DNA of 64,000 nucleotides, taken from an uncultured Phycisphaerales bacterium. Lineage in GTDB: Bacteria; Planctomycetota; Phycisphaerae; Tepidisphaerales; Tepidisphaeraceae. This document shows, one piece after another, positions 1-9,646 of the stretch (positions within the stretch are counted from its first letter, which is position 1; each line of letters begins with the position of its first letter). The translations under genes were made by a program, and so were the position numbers. Location of the stretch: NCBI GenBank assembly GCA_963755915.1, contig CAVWLP010000002.1, forward strand, positions 4,416,001 through 4,480,000, written 5' to 3'. The notes beneath the pieces were generated by a model, which saw only the letters and a program-made list of their open reading frames with translations, searched no databases and was not told the origin of the DNA.

Positions 1-635
1 ACTATTACGATGCCGGCCTCTCGCAGCAGATCACCAAGTCGTGGACGGTGAATCTCGACGGCTATTATAAGCAGGCCCACAATCTGATCGATCTTGGCCA
101 GTTCGGCGATGCCGTGATTTTCACTCCATTCAACTATAAATACGGGCTGGTGTATGGCACCGATGTCAGCACCACCTACAAACAGGACGGCTTCTCTGCC
201 TTCGGGAATTTCGGATGGGTGGAGACGAACGGCAAAGACATCGTTTCGCAGCAGTTCACCATCGATCCCGCCGAGCTGAGTTACATCGCGTCGAATTTCA
301 TCAAGCTCGACCACGAGGCGCAATACAGTGCATCGTTGGGCGTCTCCTACGAATGGAGAGACAACGACGTTTATCTCGATTGGGTTTACAGCTCCGGCCT
401 GCGGTCGGGATTTGCGAATCTGCTGGAAGAGCCCTCTTCTTACCCCGTCAACATCGGTTATGCCCACACCTTCCAGGTGGATGATGACCGGTGTGATTTG
501 GTGAAGCTTCGCTTCGACATCGTGAACTTGTTCGACGAGGTTTATCAGATTCGAAGCGGGACCGGCGTGGGCGTGGCGGCGCCGCAATATGGGCAGAGGC
601 GCACCTTTCTCGTGGGGCTCTCCTATGTCTTTTGA
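1..635 (+). CDS. TonB-dependent receptor, C-terminal part (5' truncated by window edge)
   Basis: Frame open from nt 3 (YYDAGLSQQITKSW...). Amphipathic beta-strands, 'RFDIVNLFDEVY' motif and terminal Phe (GLSYVF). Directly upstream of tonB/exbB/exbD. Confidence 0.9.
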   Translation, partial: YYDAGLSQQITKSWTVNLDGYYKQAHNLIDLGQFGDAVIFTPFNYKYGLVYGTDVSTTYKQDGFSAFGNFGWVETNGKDIVSQQFTIDPAELSYIASNFIKLDHEAQYSASLGVSYEWRDNDVYLDWVYSSGLRSGFANLLEEPSSYPVNIGYAHTFQVDDDRCDLVKLRFDIVNLFDEVYQIRSGTGVGVAAPQYGQRRTFLVGLSYVF

Positions 636-1305
636 GAGACGGCCAAATTTTGAGGAAGCGGGGCTGCTGCCGATAGCGACGCTGGTAGTGTGGTGCGGAT
701 GTTTGGTGGTTGGGGTGGTGGGGATCGTGCTGAGCGGTCATCGATCGAAGGGGCCGCTACCGCCCCTGATTGTAGAAACGGAATTGCTGAGCGTGGAGGA
801 AGCGGGGCCACGGGCGACGGAAGCGCCGCCAGCCCAAGCGCAGCAGTCGCAATCGGCGGCGACACCGCCTCCGGATGTTCCACCTGTTGCCGCGCCGGCG
901 TTCACACAACCGCTTGAGCAGCCGAAATTGAAATCAACGCCAAAGCCAGTCATTGCGGCGAGCAAGCCGTCGATGGTTGCGGCAGCAACGAAACCGGCTG
1001 CAGCGCTGGCGGCGAATCGCGGAGTGCCCGGGGTCACTCATCTGATCTATGGCGAAGGGGAAGGGGATCAGCCGGCGCCGGAGGAACCGGAGGAAGCCGT
1101 CCTCGACGGAGAGGAGGGGACGGTCGTCGTGCGCATGACGGTTGATGAAGACGGCAGGGTGATCGAGGCGCACGCGGTTTCCCCTTGCCGGTGGCCGCTG
1201 CTGAACAGCGCGGCCGTTCACGCGATTCGCTCCACCTGGCGTTTTCGCAGGGGTCCGGTGCGAATTTATGAGGTCGCTATCGAGTTTGTCATTAATCGGC
1301 AATAA
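625..1305 (+). CDS. tonB: TonB family energy transducer
   Basis: N-terminal TM helix, Pro/Ala-rich linker, TonB C-domain ([17 protein letters not shown]...[13 protein letters not shown]). ATG at 625 overlaps the receptor end. Confidence 0.85.
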   Translation: MSFERRPNFEEAGLLPIATLVVWCGCLVVGVVGIVLSGHRSKGPLPPLIVETELLSVEEAGPRATEAPPAQAQQSQSAATPPPDVPPVAAPAFTQPLEQPKLKSTPKPVIAASKPSMVAAATKPAAALAANRGVPGVTHLIYGEGEGDQPAPEEPEEAVLDGEEGTVVVRMTVDEDGRVIEAHAVSPCRWPLLNSAAVHAIRSTWRFRRGPVRIYEVAIEFVINRQ

Positions 1306-1319
1306 CTGGAGCTGTTTTC

Positions 1320-2003
1320 ATGAACGTCATTCTGGCCAATGTCATCGTGGATTATTTTCAAGAGGGTGGGCCGATCATGTGGCCGATCCTGGTCGCCTTA
1401 ATCGCTGCGCTGACAATAATCATCGAGCGTTCGCTGTGGTGGTGGACACTTTGGAGGCGGACGAATTCTACCGCCGCGAAAGAAAGTTTTGAGGCGATTT
1501 CCGACGGAGAGTTTGATCGGGCTCTAAAGATCACCGATGTGCCGCACGATCCGATGTTGGAGACAATTCATGAAGGGCTGGTGCACGCGCACAGCTCGCT
1601 GCTGGGCGCGATGCAGCTTCGGGCTTCGAAGGAGCTGGAATCCGGAGAGCGGCGGCAGTGGGTACTTGGGACGCTGATCACCCTCGCCCCCCTCCTGGGG
1701 CTGCTGGGCACGATCACCGGAATCATGCGGTCATTCAATTTCGTTGGGGAAGAGCAGCTTGCCCCCACCAAAGTAAGCGGCGGGATCGCCGAGGCGCTCA
1801 TCGCAACCGCATGCGGGCTGGGAATCGCCATTATGTGCCTCATTCCCTACAACTATTTCAACCGCCAACTATCGCATTTCCGGGCCCGGCTGGAACGGAC
1901 GATCAATCACGTCGAATTGCTCGTCGAATCCGCAAAGCATCACGGACACGATCTGGAAAAGTTTGCGCGCGAGCGCGCGCTGGGAGGCAGCCATGCCCGT
2001 TAA
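1320..2003 (+). CDS. exbB: MotA/TolQ/ExbB proton channel protein
   Basis: [19 protein letters not shown] and [14 protein letters not shown] motifs. Confidence 0.93.
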   Translation: MNVILANVIVDYFQEGGPIMWPILVALIAALTIIIERSLWWWTLWRRTNSTAAKESFEAISDGEFDRALKITDVPHDPMLETIHEGLVHAHSSLLGAMQLRASKELESGERRQWVLGTLITLAPLLGLLGTITGIMRSFNFVGEEQLAPTKVSGGIAEALIATACGLGIAIMCLIPYNYFNRQLSHFRARLERTINHVELLVESAKHHGHDLEKFARERALGGSHAR

Positions 2004-2418
2004 ATTGGATACGCGACTGCCGGGCGAGAGCGCGGAGGCCAGGATCGAAATCATTCCCCTGATCGACATCATGTTTTTCCTGCTGGCTTCGTTCATGCTG
2101 GTCAGCCTGAGCATGGTCAACCTGAAAAGCGTGAAGGTGAATTTGCCGACGGCGGCTTCGGCAACCACGGAGGAAAAGCGAAATTTTGCAGACATCTCCG
2201 TAGACAAGGCGGGGTCGGCCTATCTGGATAAGAAGCCCGTCGATGACAATCAGCTCATCGCCGCACTTTCCCGATTGCGGCAGGCAAATCCCGATGTGCG
2301 GATCATCATCAGCGGCGATGCCGAGGCCCGGCATGGGGATATCATTCACGTCCTGGACCTGGTGCGGCTTGCCGGGATTGAGAAGGTGGCGTTTGAAATC
2401 CGGGGAGGCAAGCCGTGA
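1993..2418 (+). CDS. exbD: ExbD/TolR biopolymer transport protein
   Basis: [14 protein letters not shown] motif with conserved Asp, VNLP motif, 'ISGD.EARHG' C-domain; GGAGG RBS before ATG 1993. Confidence 0.93.
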   Translation: MPVKLDTRLPGESAEARIEIIPLIDIMFFLLASFMLVSLSMVNLKSVKVNLPTAASATTEEKRNFADISVDKAGSAYLDKKPVDDNQLIAALSRLRQANPDVRIIISGDAEARHGDIIHVLDLVRLAGIEKVAFEIRGGKP

Positions 2419-2855
2419 GTCGATTCTTTTCGATTTTCAATTTCGTAGGCATTGTTGCGGTCGCACTTCTCTGCGCGATTCAATGGGAGATCAACAGCCG
2501 TTTGGAGGCGCGGGCGCAGCAGCTCGACCAGACGCGTATCGAGCAATCGGCGAAGATCGACGAGCAGACGCGGGAACTGAAGGATGACGCGGCCGACCTG
2601 GAGGACCTGCGCGGGCGGTTGACGACGTGCGAATCCGATCTCAGCAAAGCGATCGCTCAGCGCGATCAATTGGAATTGGAAAATCAACAGCTCGGGGCGG
2701 CGCTGGACAAATGGATGGCCGCGGTAAAGGCACGCGACGCGGCACTCAGTGAGGTCCTGAAACAGCGGAACGATGCGATCGCCAAATTCAATGATCTGGC
2801 GGGTAAATACAACGGACTGGTGAAACAAACCGAGGATGGGCAGGGATGGAAATAG
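2415..2855 (+). CDS. Membrane-anchored coiled-coil hypothetical protein
   Basis: GTGA overlap with the exbD stop; one N-terminal hydrophobic helix followed by heptad-rich helical sequence. Confidence 0.75.
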   Translation: MSRFFSIFNFVGIVAVALLCAIQWEINSRLEARAQQLDQTRIEQSAKIDEQTRELKDDAADLEDLRGRLTTCESDLSKAIAQRDQLELENQQLGAALDKWMAAVKARDAALSEVLKQRNDAIAKFNDLAGKYNGLVKQTEDGQGWK

Positions 2856-2882
2856 CGAATCCGCACGAATTTGTTCGCTATT
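2851..2882 (+). terminator. Possible hairpin after the tonB operon
   Basis: AATAGCGAA...TTCGCTATT 9-bp inverted repeat with a 14-nt loop and no clear U-tract. Confidence 0.3.
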
Positions 2883-2902
2883 CGCCGATTACCAATTGCA
2901 CA

Positions 2903-2922
2903 TTAAGATTTATTTAAGATTT
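2903..2922 (+). promoter_or_regulatory. Tandem direct-repeat box, OmpR/PhoB-family (PmrA/QseB-like)
   Basis: TTAAGATTT at 2903 and 2914 (11-bp period) in an AT-rich patch upstream of the activator gene. Confidence 0.45.
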
Positions 2923-3064
2923 TGCTGGCTTTGCGGCTGCTAACAATTAAAATCCTGGATCAGTTCGCTGGAACGGTCGGCGCTCGTAAGGGCGTCACAC
3001 CTGAAATTGTCTTTCGGATTGTTTCTTTCACGATCGGGCAAACGCGGGGGGAAAGGAAAGCGCA

Positions 3065-4034
3065 GTGCCGGAGGCGAGGGAGAACGCCGAGCATATGCGG
3101 ATGGTGGGCGAACATCCGGCGATGCGGCGTCTGCGCGAACTCTCGGCGGCGGTCGGCCGCAGGGAATGCACCGTTCTTATCCGCGGGGAAAGCGGCACCG
3201 GCAAGGAACTGCTGGCGCGGCAAATCCATTTGGCTAGCCTCCGGGCCTCGGGACCGTTTGTTCCCGTCGACTGTTCAACGCTTAGGGATTCCCTTTTGGA
3301 ATCGCAACTCTTCGGGCACGTGCGCGGCGCGTTTACCGGGGCGGCGTGCAATACGCTGGGGTTCTTTCGGGCCGCCGATGGGGGGACGATTTTTCTGGAT
3401 GAGATTGGGGAGTTGCCGCCTGAGGCGCAGGCGCGGTTGCTGCGATGCCTCCAGGAGCGCGGTTGTGCCGCTGGGGACCGTCCGGGCGATTCCCGTGAAC
3501 GTGCAGATCATTGCGGCCACGCATCGGCCTCTGGCGGAGATGGTCAGGCAGGGTTCATTCCGCATGGACCTTTATTTTCGAATCAACGTGGTGGCGCTCG
3601 AGATACCGCCGCTACGGAATCGCCGCGAGGACATCGCCCTGCTGGCGGAACAGTTTTTAAGGGATATGGCCCGTGCGTATGACGAGCCACAACATGCCAT
3701 TTCGCAGGAGGCGATGAACCGGCTGGTGGAATATGACTGGCCGGGCAATGTTCGCGAGCTGCGGAACGTGCTGGAGCGGGCGTGCGCGCTGACGCAGAAC
3801 CAGACGCTGGGCGTGGAGGACCTTCCGGCGGAACTGGGGACGCGAGCGGTCGAGCAACCACCAACTGTAGCGAAGGCGATAGCGTCCCTGGCCGACATGG
3901 AACGCCAGATGATCGCATCGGCCCTGCGGGACAGCGGGGGAAACCAGACGCGCGCGGCGGTCGCGCTGAAGGTCGAGCGGCACCGGCTGGGCCGGATGAT
4001 TCGGCGGCTTGGCTTGCAATCTCTGATTCATTGA
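3065..4034 (+). CDS. Sigma54-dependent enhancer-binding protein (AAA+ and Fis-type HTH, no N-terminal sensory domain); apparent frameshift near 3460
   Basis: GESGTGKE Walker A, GAFTGA, IFLDEIGE, then after the frame change DLYFRINV, WPGNVRELRN and a GNQTRAA HTH. Start may be ATG 3095. Confidence 0.9.
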
Positions 4035-4078
4035 ATTCTCGATCACAATTTCCGGGGCTCCGCCTGCGCGCCGCGGCT

Positions 4079-4175
4079 TGGAGCAAAACGTTCCAATCGG
4101 TACGAAGCGTTCCTGGCTCGCGCAAGTCGTGATTTGCGTTTGGCTCCCGCCTGAACCGAGGAACAATACGTTCCT
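4079..4175. promoter_or_regulatory. Three palindromic candidate upstream activator sequences GGWRC-N5-GTTCC
   Basis: GGAGC-AAAAC-GTTCC (4080-4094), GGTAC-GAAGC-GTTCC (4099-4113), AGGAAC-AATAC-GTTCCT (4159-4175). Confidence 0.6.
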
Positions 4176-4274
4176 GAAACCCGCGAATTTCGGTAACTGG
4201 GGTGGTTTTCGAAAAAGCGATGCAACCCGCCGGCTTACCGGTGGTTGAGAACATTCCGCACGCCCCGCGGGATG

Positions 4275-4290
4275 TGGTTCGGCTTTCGCT
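4275..4290 (+). promoter_or_regulatory. Sigma54 (-24/-12) promoter candidate
   Basis: TGGTTCGGCTTTCGCT has GG-N10-GC spacing; 100-200 bp downstream of the palindromes and about 50 bp upstream of ATG 4343. Confidence 0.55.
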
Positions 4291-4342
4291 TTAGCCCTCC
4301 AGTGCGATTGAAACATTCAACCCTTTTGCAACGGAGAGAACC

Positions 4343-4528
4343 ATGAGCAAGCGACAAGCATTGTTGGAAACGCTCCTTGGAGCGGCGGAACTCAACGGTA
4401 ATCGATTGATTTCCGATCACATTCGGCACGACCTTTTCAAAATCATCGACGCGCAGGAGACCGACGGCTACGAGCGCCTCGCCCGCGCGGCGGCGCAGCC
4501 GTGCGACCGCCAACGTAAGGCCGCCTAA
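4343..4528 (+). CDS. Small hypothetical protein (61 aa)
   Basis: GGAGAG RBS before the ATG; first ORF after the putative sigma54 promoter; helical character. Confidence 0.55.
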   Translation: MSKRQALLETLLGAAELNGNRLISDHIRHDLFKIIDAQETDGYERLARAAAQPCDRQRKAA

Positions 4529-4640
4529 ATCAGCTTTTCAGTTCAGTGTGCCGGGCGACCGGCGCGTTTGAAGCACGAAGCGCAGCCGGCGTCTGCCGGC
4601 GAAACGGAACAGGCCGTCCCTGGTCGGCCAGGAGAAAATC

Positions 4641-5614
4641 ATGTCAGAGTCCCAATCATCCCGGCGACACGCTTTCGCACACTCAGGCGCAGCGCAAAAT
4701 CCCCGGCCCCGCGCAGGCATACTCGGACCGCTTTGGCGGCCGGCGCTTTGGCTTTCGGCGCCGCCCGGGCGGCGACGGCGCAGATCGCAATAAACTATCT
4801 TCAGAACACCAACGGCACCGACTTCGGCCCCTTCACCGCCAGCAGCCCAACGCTCCAGCCCTCCCCAAACTTCAGCAATCCAAACGAAATCGGGCCGGAG
4901 AATTTTCTCTTGCCGGGATACGGGACGCTCGCTGTTTCATTGACGGCCAGCAATTTCAATCCAGTCACTTCACAGTACACCGGTACTTTATACGACAGCC
5001 CCTCGGAAGAGACTCGGTCTACAGCGCAGGTGACAAATTCCGGCCCTTCGCAGACGGTGTCAAATTCCGGCACCGGCTATGTTGGAACGGGCGTCCCCAC
5101 GGGTAACACGTTCACCTGGGGGACCAATGCCGACAACGTCGGCATCAACAACCTCAACAGCTTCAACGAACAATACACGCTCAGTTTCGATTTCCTCAAT
5201 GGGGTGCCCAACCTGTCGGATCTCTACCTGGTCGTCGCGGGACTCGCCGGCCCGAACGACAACGGCGGCACCACCGCAACCCTTGCTGCAATAAAAGACT
5301 TACCCTCGCTGGTCGGCGAAGATCACGGCCCCTATGCCAACTCCCCCTCATCCACGACGCTCCTGAGCCAAACAACAGGCGGCTGGACGTATAGCAGCAT
5401 CGGCGATGGCGACGTCTACAACACCGGCTGGTCTCTCACGCAGTTTGCCGGGGCACCCTTCACCAGCCTTGATCTCGATGTCAATCAGGTCGCGGGCGAC
5501 GGAATCGGATTCAGCGTGGGGTACGTTCCGGAGCCGGGCTCCGCCGGCTTATTGTGCGTTGCGGTCTTCGGCCTGCTGAATCGCCGACGCCGTCGACCGA
5601 GTTGTTCTCCATGA
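4641..5614 (+). CDS. PEP-CTERM protein 1 (apparent 1-nt deletion near 4725)
   Basis: GGAGA RBS and ATG at 4641; adding one G at 4725 yields signal peptide ...AGILGTALAAGALAFGAARAATA-Q; ends VPEPGSAGLL...NRRRRR. Confidence 0.85.
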
Positions 5615-6216
5615 AACACCTGCGGCGGATGCAGCGTTTTTGCTTTTTTCAGGTTCATCGCGCGGCAGGAAGGACCAATCAGATGATGTCGGCAATCGTC
5701 ATGACGATGATCGGCGACGTGCGGCGGCCCTGGCAAGGGGAACGCGACGAGTTCTTTCTTGCACCGCCGGGATTTTGCTGGCGGTTTGTCCCGGAAGGTC
5801 CGTTCGCAGTTCAGTTTCGCTCGATTTTGAGGATGCACCCACGGGCCGTTGTGGTATGGGTCGGCCCAGGCGAAGCCGTCGATCGAGCGGCAAACATGAT
5901 TGCCCGGCTCGTGGAAATCGGGCCCGCGGTCGTGATCGGCATCGCCGAAGAGCACGACCCCTCCAGCGAATCCGTGCTCCGCAGTGCAGGCGCGTTGTAC
6001 ATCTGTTCTCACGAAGCTGAGCAGCGACTCGACCATCTTCTGGGGTCGATCCTCGAGGCGCATCGCGTTCAAATCCGGCTGGATCCAACGGCGAAGTCAA
6101 ATTCGATTCCGGCTAAGGCTTTCGATGGACCTTGGCCCCCATCGATGTCATGCGACGCTCCCCGCGGAAGGTGCAAAGGAGCATCGGCCTGGGAAATGTT
6201 TCGACCGAGCAATTAG
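5611..6216 (+). CDS. Hypothetical protein resembling a degenerate (pseudo-)receiver domain
   Basis: ATGA overlap with the upstream stop (alternative ATG 5683 with GGAAGGA). Pattern PRAVVVW...MIARL..GPAVVIGIA..D...E..LR.AGA.YI matches REC beta3-beta5. Confidence 0.6.
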   Translation: MKHLRRMQRFCFFQVHRAAGRTNQMMSAIVMTMIGDVRRPWQGERDEFFLAPPGFCWRFVPEGPFAVQFRSILRMHPRAVVVWVGPGEAVDRAANMIARLVEIGPAVVIGIAEEHDPSSESVLRSAGALYICSHEAEQRLDHLLGSILEAHRVQIRLDPTAKSNSIPAKAFDGPWPPSMSCDAPRGRCKGASAWEMFRPSN

Positions 6217-6239
6217 ACCCCATTTCAAAGGAGAATCAC

Positions 6240-6938
6240 ATGTCACGCAAAACCAGTTTCACTCGTATCGCCGTATTAACGGGTGCATCGGCGCTAACGA
6301 TGGAAGCCAGAAGTGCCCTGGCCCAGATCACTGCCGGGCCCGGATCCGGGCCCGCTACCAATCTTTCCGTGAACGAAACCCCCCTCGGCCAGTTCAACAT
6401 CGGCCCCCTTACCGTGACTTACGATGGCAATGCCGGCCCCATCGATAAACAACTCAACGATATCGAGGACCGCAACGGCGATGGACGCATTGACGGCTCC
6501 GACGTCTCCGAACTGCTCGGCACTGGCTTCCAGCTCAATGAAACGATCGTCGTCGCAGGGCCTGCCATCTCCGACTGGGAAGAAAGTATCCTCACCCCCG
6601 GCCTCTCCTGGGTAACCGCCAGTGCATCCCTGGCGGGAGTCGGAGCGGTCCCGGGTTTGGTCACAACCGTCACGCCCACAAACGTCGCTTTCAACTTTGA
6701 TCCGCTTCCCGCCGGGTCCACTCTCGATATTTACAAGACAATAGATGTCACCAGCACTGCCGGACTCCAGGCCCTGTTCCCAGATTTAGGGCAAAACGTG
6801 CCCAACGGCACCGTGGACTACGGAAGCTTTGAAGTACAGGAATATCCAACCTCCTCGGTTCCCGAGCCTGCCTCGCTAAGCGTTGTGGGCATCGGCAGTA
6901 CCGCTCTGATGATTCGGCGGCGCAGGGCGCGTGTTTGA
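6240..6938 (+). CDS. PEP-CTERM protein 2
   Basis: GGAG RBS, signal peptide (ALA-Q), EF-hand-like DRNGDGRIDGSD, VPEPASL...IRRRR. Confidence 0.9.
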   Translation: MSRKTSFTRIAVLTGASALTMEARSALAQITAGPGSGPATNLSVNETPLGQFNIGPLTVTYDGNAGPIDKQLNDIEDRNGDGRIDGSDVSELLGTGFQLNETIVVAGPAISDWEESILTPGLSWVTASASLAGVGAVPGLVTTVTPTNVAFNFDPLPAGSTLDIYKTIDVTSTAGLQALFPDLGQNVPNGTVDYGSFEVQEYPTSSVPEPASLSVVGIGSTALMIRRRRARV

Positions 6939-6993
6939 GATGACTCGAATGGTTCCCAACAAAAGCCAGCGAACCAAAAAAGGAATTACTACC

Positions 6994-7755
6994 ATGAAAC
7001 GAACAACAAACACCCTGATCGCGATTATTGTATTGTCTCCGGCCGTTGCGAGCGCACAGTACACCGTGACCGTCGATGCCGACAACGACTACGCCCTCTA
7101 TACCGGCAACAGTACCGCCGCCACGACTTTCTACGGCAATGAGTACAATTCTCTGTCCAGCGAACTCCACGTCGCCCAGTCCTACAACGTCACGTTGAGT
7201 GCCGCGAACAATTACATCTATGTTGCCGCGTGGAGCGACATCAGTGACGCGCAGGGGCTTTTGGTCGATCTTTCCTCGTCAATATCGGGCAACCTGTTGC
7301 TGGGCAGCGGATCCGTCGGCGCCGGACAATGGCAGGTGGCCGCGACGGGCATGTCGCTTCCGGCAAGCGCTTCCCCTCCGGACGTTTATTTCGCCGATCC
7401 GGGCCTGGCCAGCGCCATCGCCGCCGCCAACAATTCCACCGACCCCTCCGGGGGGTGGGTCACGCCGAGCGTTTACACGACCTACGACAACGCGCAAGGC
7501 GGCGTGTACACCGCACTCTTCGGCCCCCCCGGCATCGACGTACCGCAAATCGCGCCCACTTCCGAATGGATGTGGTACAACGCCCCCGGCGTCGGCGTCG
7601 GCGATCCTGATGCTCCGTTCGCCCCAGGCCTGAATGAAGATGAGTACCTCATTTTCCGCCTCCCCGCCCCCACCGTGCCCGAGCCGGCATCCACGGGGCT
7701 GATGATGGCCTCGGGAATCGGCATGCTGGCGAGGCGAAGACGAAAAACCAACTGA
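6994..7755 (+). CDS. PEP-CTERM protein 3
   Basis: AAGGA RBS, signal peptide (ASA-Q), TVDADNDYALY, VPEPAST...ARRRRK. Confidence 0.9.
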   Translation: MKRTTNTLIAIIVLSPAVASAQYTVTVDADNDYALYTGNSTAATTFYGNEYNSLSSELHVAQSYNVTLSAANNYIYVAAWSDISDAQGLLVDLSSSISGNLLLGSGSVGAGQWQVAATGMSLPASASPPDVYFADPGLASAIAAANNSTDPSGGWVTPSVYTTYDNAQGGVYTALFGPPGIDVPQIAPTSEWMWYNAPGVGVGDPDAPFAPGLNEDEYLIFRLPAPTVPEPASTGLMMASGIGMLARRRRKTN

Positions 7756-7830
7756 ATGGCAAAACACCCGCGCAGGTCGATGTGGTTCGACTGCGCTTCC
7801 AGATCAATCTCTAACTGTTAGGAGCTTCCC

Positions 7831-8832
7831 ATGACACGGTCTACTTTCAAAACTCGTTCGATCGGAATTACAACAATCGGAGTTTTCACATCTCTAAGCA
7901 TCGGCTCTTTCGCCTCTGGCGACCCGCTGCCAAATGAGCAGCTCAAGTTCTATCAATCGCCGCTGAATAACGCGCCTCCCGGAATATATCCGGTCGGGGC
8001 AACGCCGCTGTCCACGGACACTCCCGAGCCATTTCCCGGGCAGGATATATCGAGCACGGCGAACTACGACGCCGCCAGCGGAGTCGCCCAGGGAACCATG
8101 GTGGCGGACGATTTTTCGGACAACAATCCGCTGCCCATCGGCCACATCACCTTCTGGGGCTCTTACCTGAACGGCACCAACGCCAGCGGCACCGACCCGG
8201 TCCCCGCGTTCCAGATTTCGCTCTATACCGACGTGCCGGCCGTCCTTGGAACCACCGCGGATTTCAGCCATCCCGGAACGCTCATCGCAACGCAGACGGT
8301 AACCCAGGCGCTCTCGCTGAGCTATTCCTCGGGAACCTTCACAGCTACTCCGGTTGCGCCCGGAAAATCTACCACAGTTGCGCCTCCCCCCGGCGACAGC
8401 GGATTGATCGAGTACAACGCCGAACTGAATTGGCAGAACATCACTTTTCCCGACGCGACCAACGGAAATGTCGAATGGCTCAGCATCGTCGCCTTGGTCC
8501 CAAACACCTCGACCACCCCAATCGACTGGGGCTGGCACGATCGGGACTACGGCATCGCCGATCCGTACGCTGCGGCGGGAGACGAAACTTCGCCGGCTCC
8601 CTACCACTTCCTCGATGACGCGGTTTCCGGCGCTTTCAGCAGCCCATCGAGCGTCGGCGGGTTCGGTCCGCTGGACTACAACCCGCAGTTCGACGGGATC
8701 AACAGCTCGATGGATATGGCGTTCGCCCTTTACACGATTCCCACCAGCGTTCCGGAACCGGCGACGCTCGGATTGTTCGGCCTGACGGTCCCTGCCCTGC
8801 TCATGCGCCGGCGAAAACGGCTGTCCACCTGA
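7831..8832 (+). CDS. PEP-CTERM protein 4
   Basis: AGGAG RBS, signal peptide, VADDF...ITFWGSY, DMAFAL, VPEPATL...MRRRKR. Confidence 0.9.
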   Translation: MTRSTFKTRSIGITTIGVFTSLSIGSFASGDPLPNEQLKFYQSPLNNAPPGIYPVGATPLSTDTPEPFPGQDISSTANYDAASGVAQGTMVADDFSDNNPLPIGHITFWGSYLNGTNASGTDPVPAFQISLYTDVPAVLGTTADFSHPGTLIATQTVTQALSLSYSSGTFTATPVAPGKSTTVAPPPGDSGLIEYNAELNWQNITFPDATNGNVEWLSIVALVPNTSTTPIDWGWHDRDYGIADPYAAAGDETSPAPYHFLDDAVSGAFSSPSSVGGFGPLDYNPQFDGINSSMDMAFALYTIPTSVPEPATLGLFGLTVPALLMRRRKRLST

Positions 8833-8887
8833 AAGTGAACGCCAGTGCGTTCCAATTTGTGTCGTTCTTACAAAGACGGGAGAGAAT

Positions 8888-9613
8888 ATGTTTTCGAGAG
8901 GATTATCAACCCTCCTGATTGCCGCCGTTGGTTTGGGACTGCTCACGTGCGGCGCGGTCCGCGCGAACCTGGTAACCAACGGCGGGTTTGAGTCGACGAC
9001 GAATGGAAACGGGCAGTTGGGATACAACACCAACGCGATTGGCTGGACCGCCACGGGATATACATTCATCTTCGCGCCGGGGACGGCGGATACAACCGGC
9101 GCCCCCGGCTCGATCGGGACGGATTATCTCTGAGGTCCGGGCAATGGCTCGGCCAACGGGCTGACGATCAGCCCAAATGGCGGGAACTTCGTCGCCGCGG
9201 ATGGGGGCTATGACCCGGGGCCGCTTTCGCAGTCCATCAATGGATTGACCCTCGGCGAGCCGGTCTCCGTTGGATTCTGGTGGGCCGGGGCGCAGTTGCG
9301 CCCCGGATCCGGGCCAACCACTGAGCAGTGGCAGGTCAGCTTCGGCAGCCAGACGCAGTTCACCCCCGTCGTTAACAACGCGAGCGAAGGCTTTACGGGC
9401 TGGCAGTATCAGACGATGAGCTTCACCGCCAGCGGCGCGAGCGATCTGCTCTCGTTCCTGGCAGTGGGAACGCCGACGGGAGAACCCCCATTCTCGCTGC
9501 TGGATGGCGTCGACGTCGAAGTTCCGGAGCCGTCTTCGGTGCTTCTGATTGCCGGCGTTGCAGTGCTTGCCGCCGGCCTCCGCAAGCTGCGCCGCCGCGC
9601 CGCCTCCTTGTGA
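8888..9613 (+). CDS. PEP-CTERM protein 5, interrupted by an in-frame TGA at 9131-9133 (pseudogene or base error)
   Basis: The same frame continues through the stop (DYL*GPGNGSANGL...GGNFVAADG) to VPEPSS...RKLRRR; paralog of proteins 6 and 7. Confidence 0.8.
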
Positions 9614-9646
9614 GTGCCGGTCCTCGTTCACAGAAGGGAGAAAAAA

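Noticed and set aside
9131-9133. Selenocysteine or an alternative genetic code at the in-frame TGA
   Set aside because: The context suggests Trp rather than Cys, and TGA ends many other genes at their expected termini.
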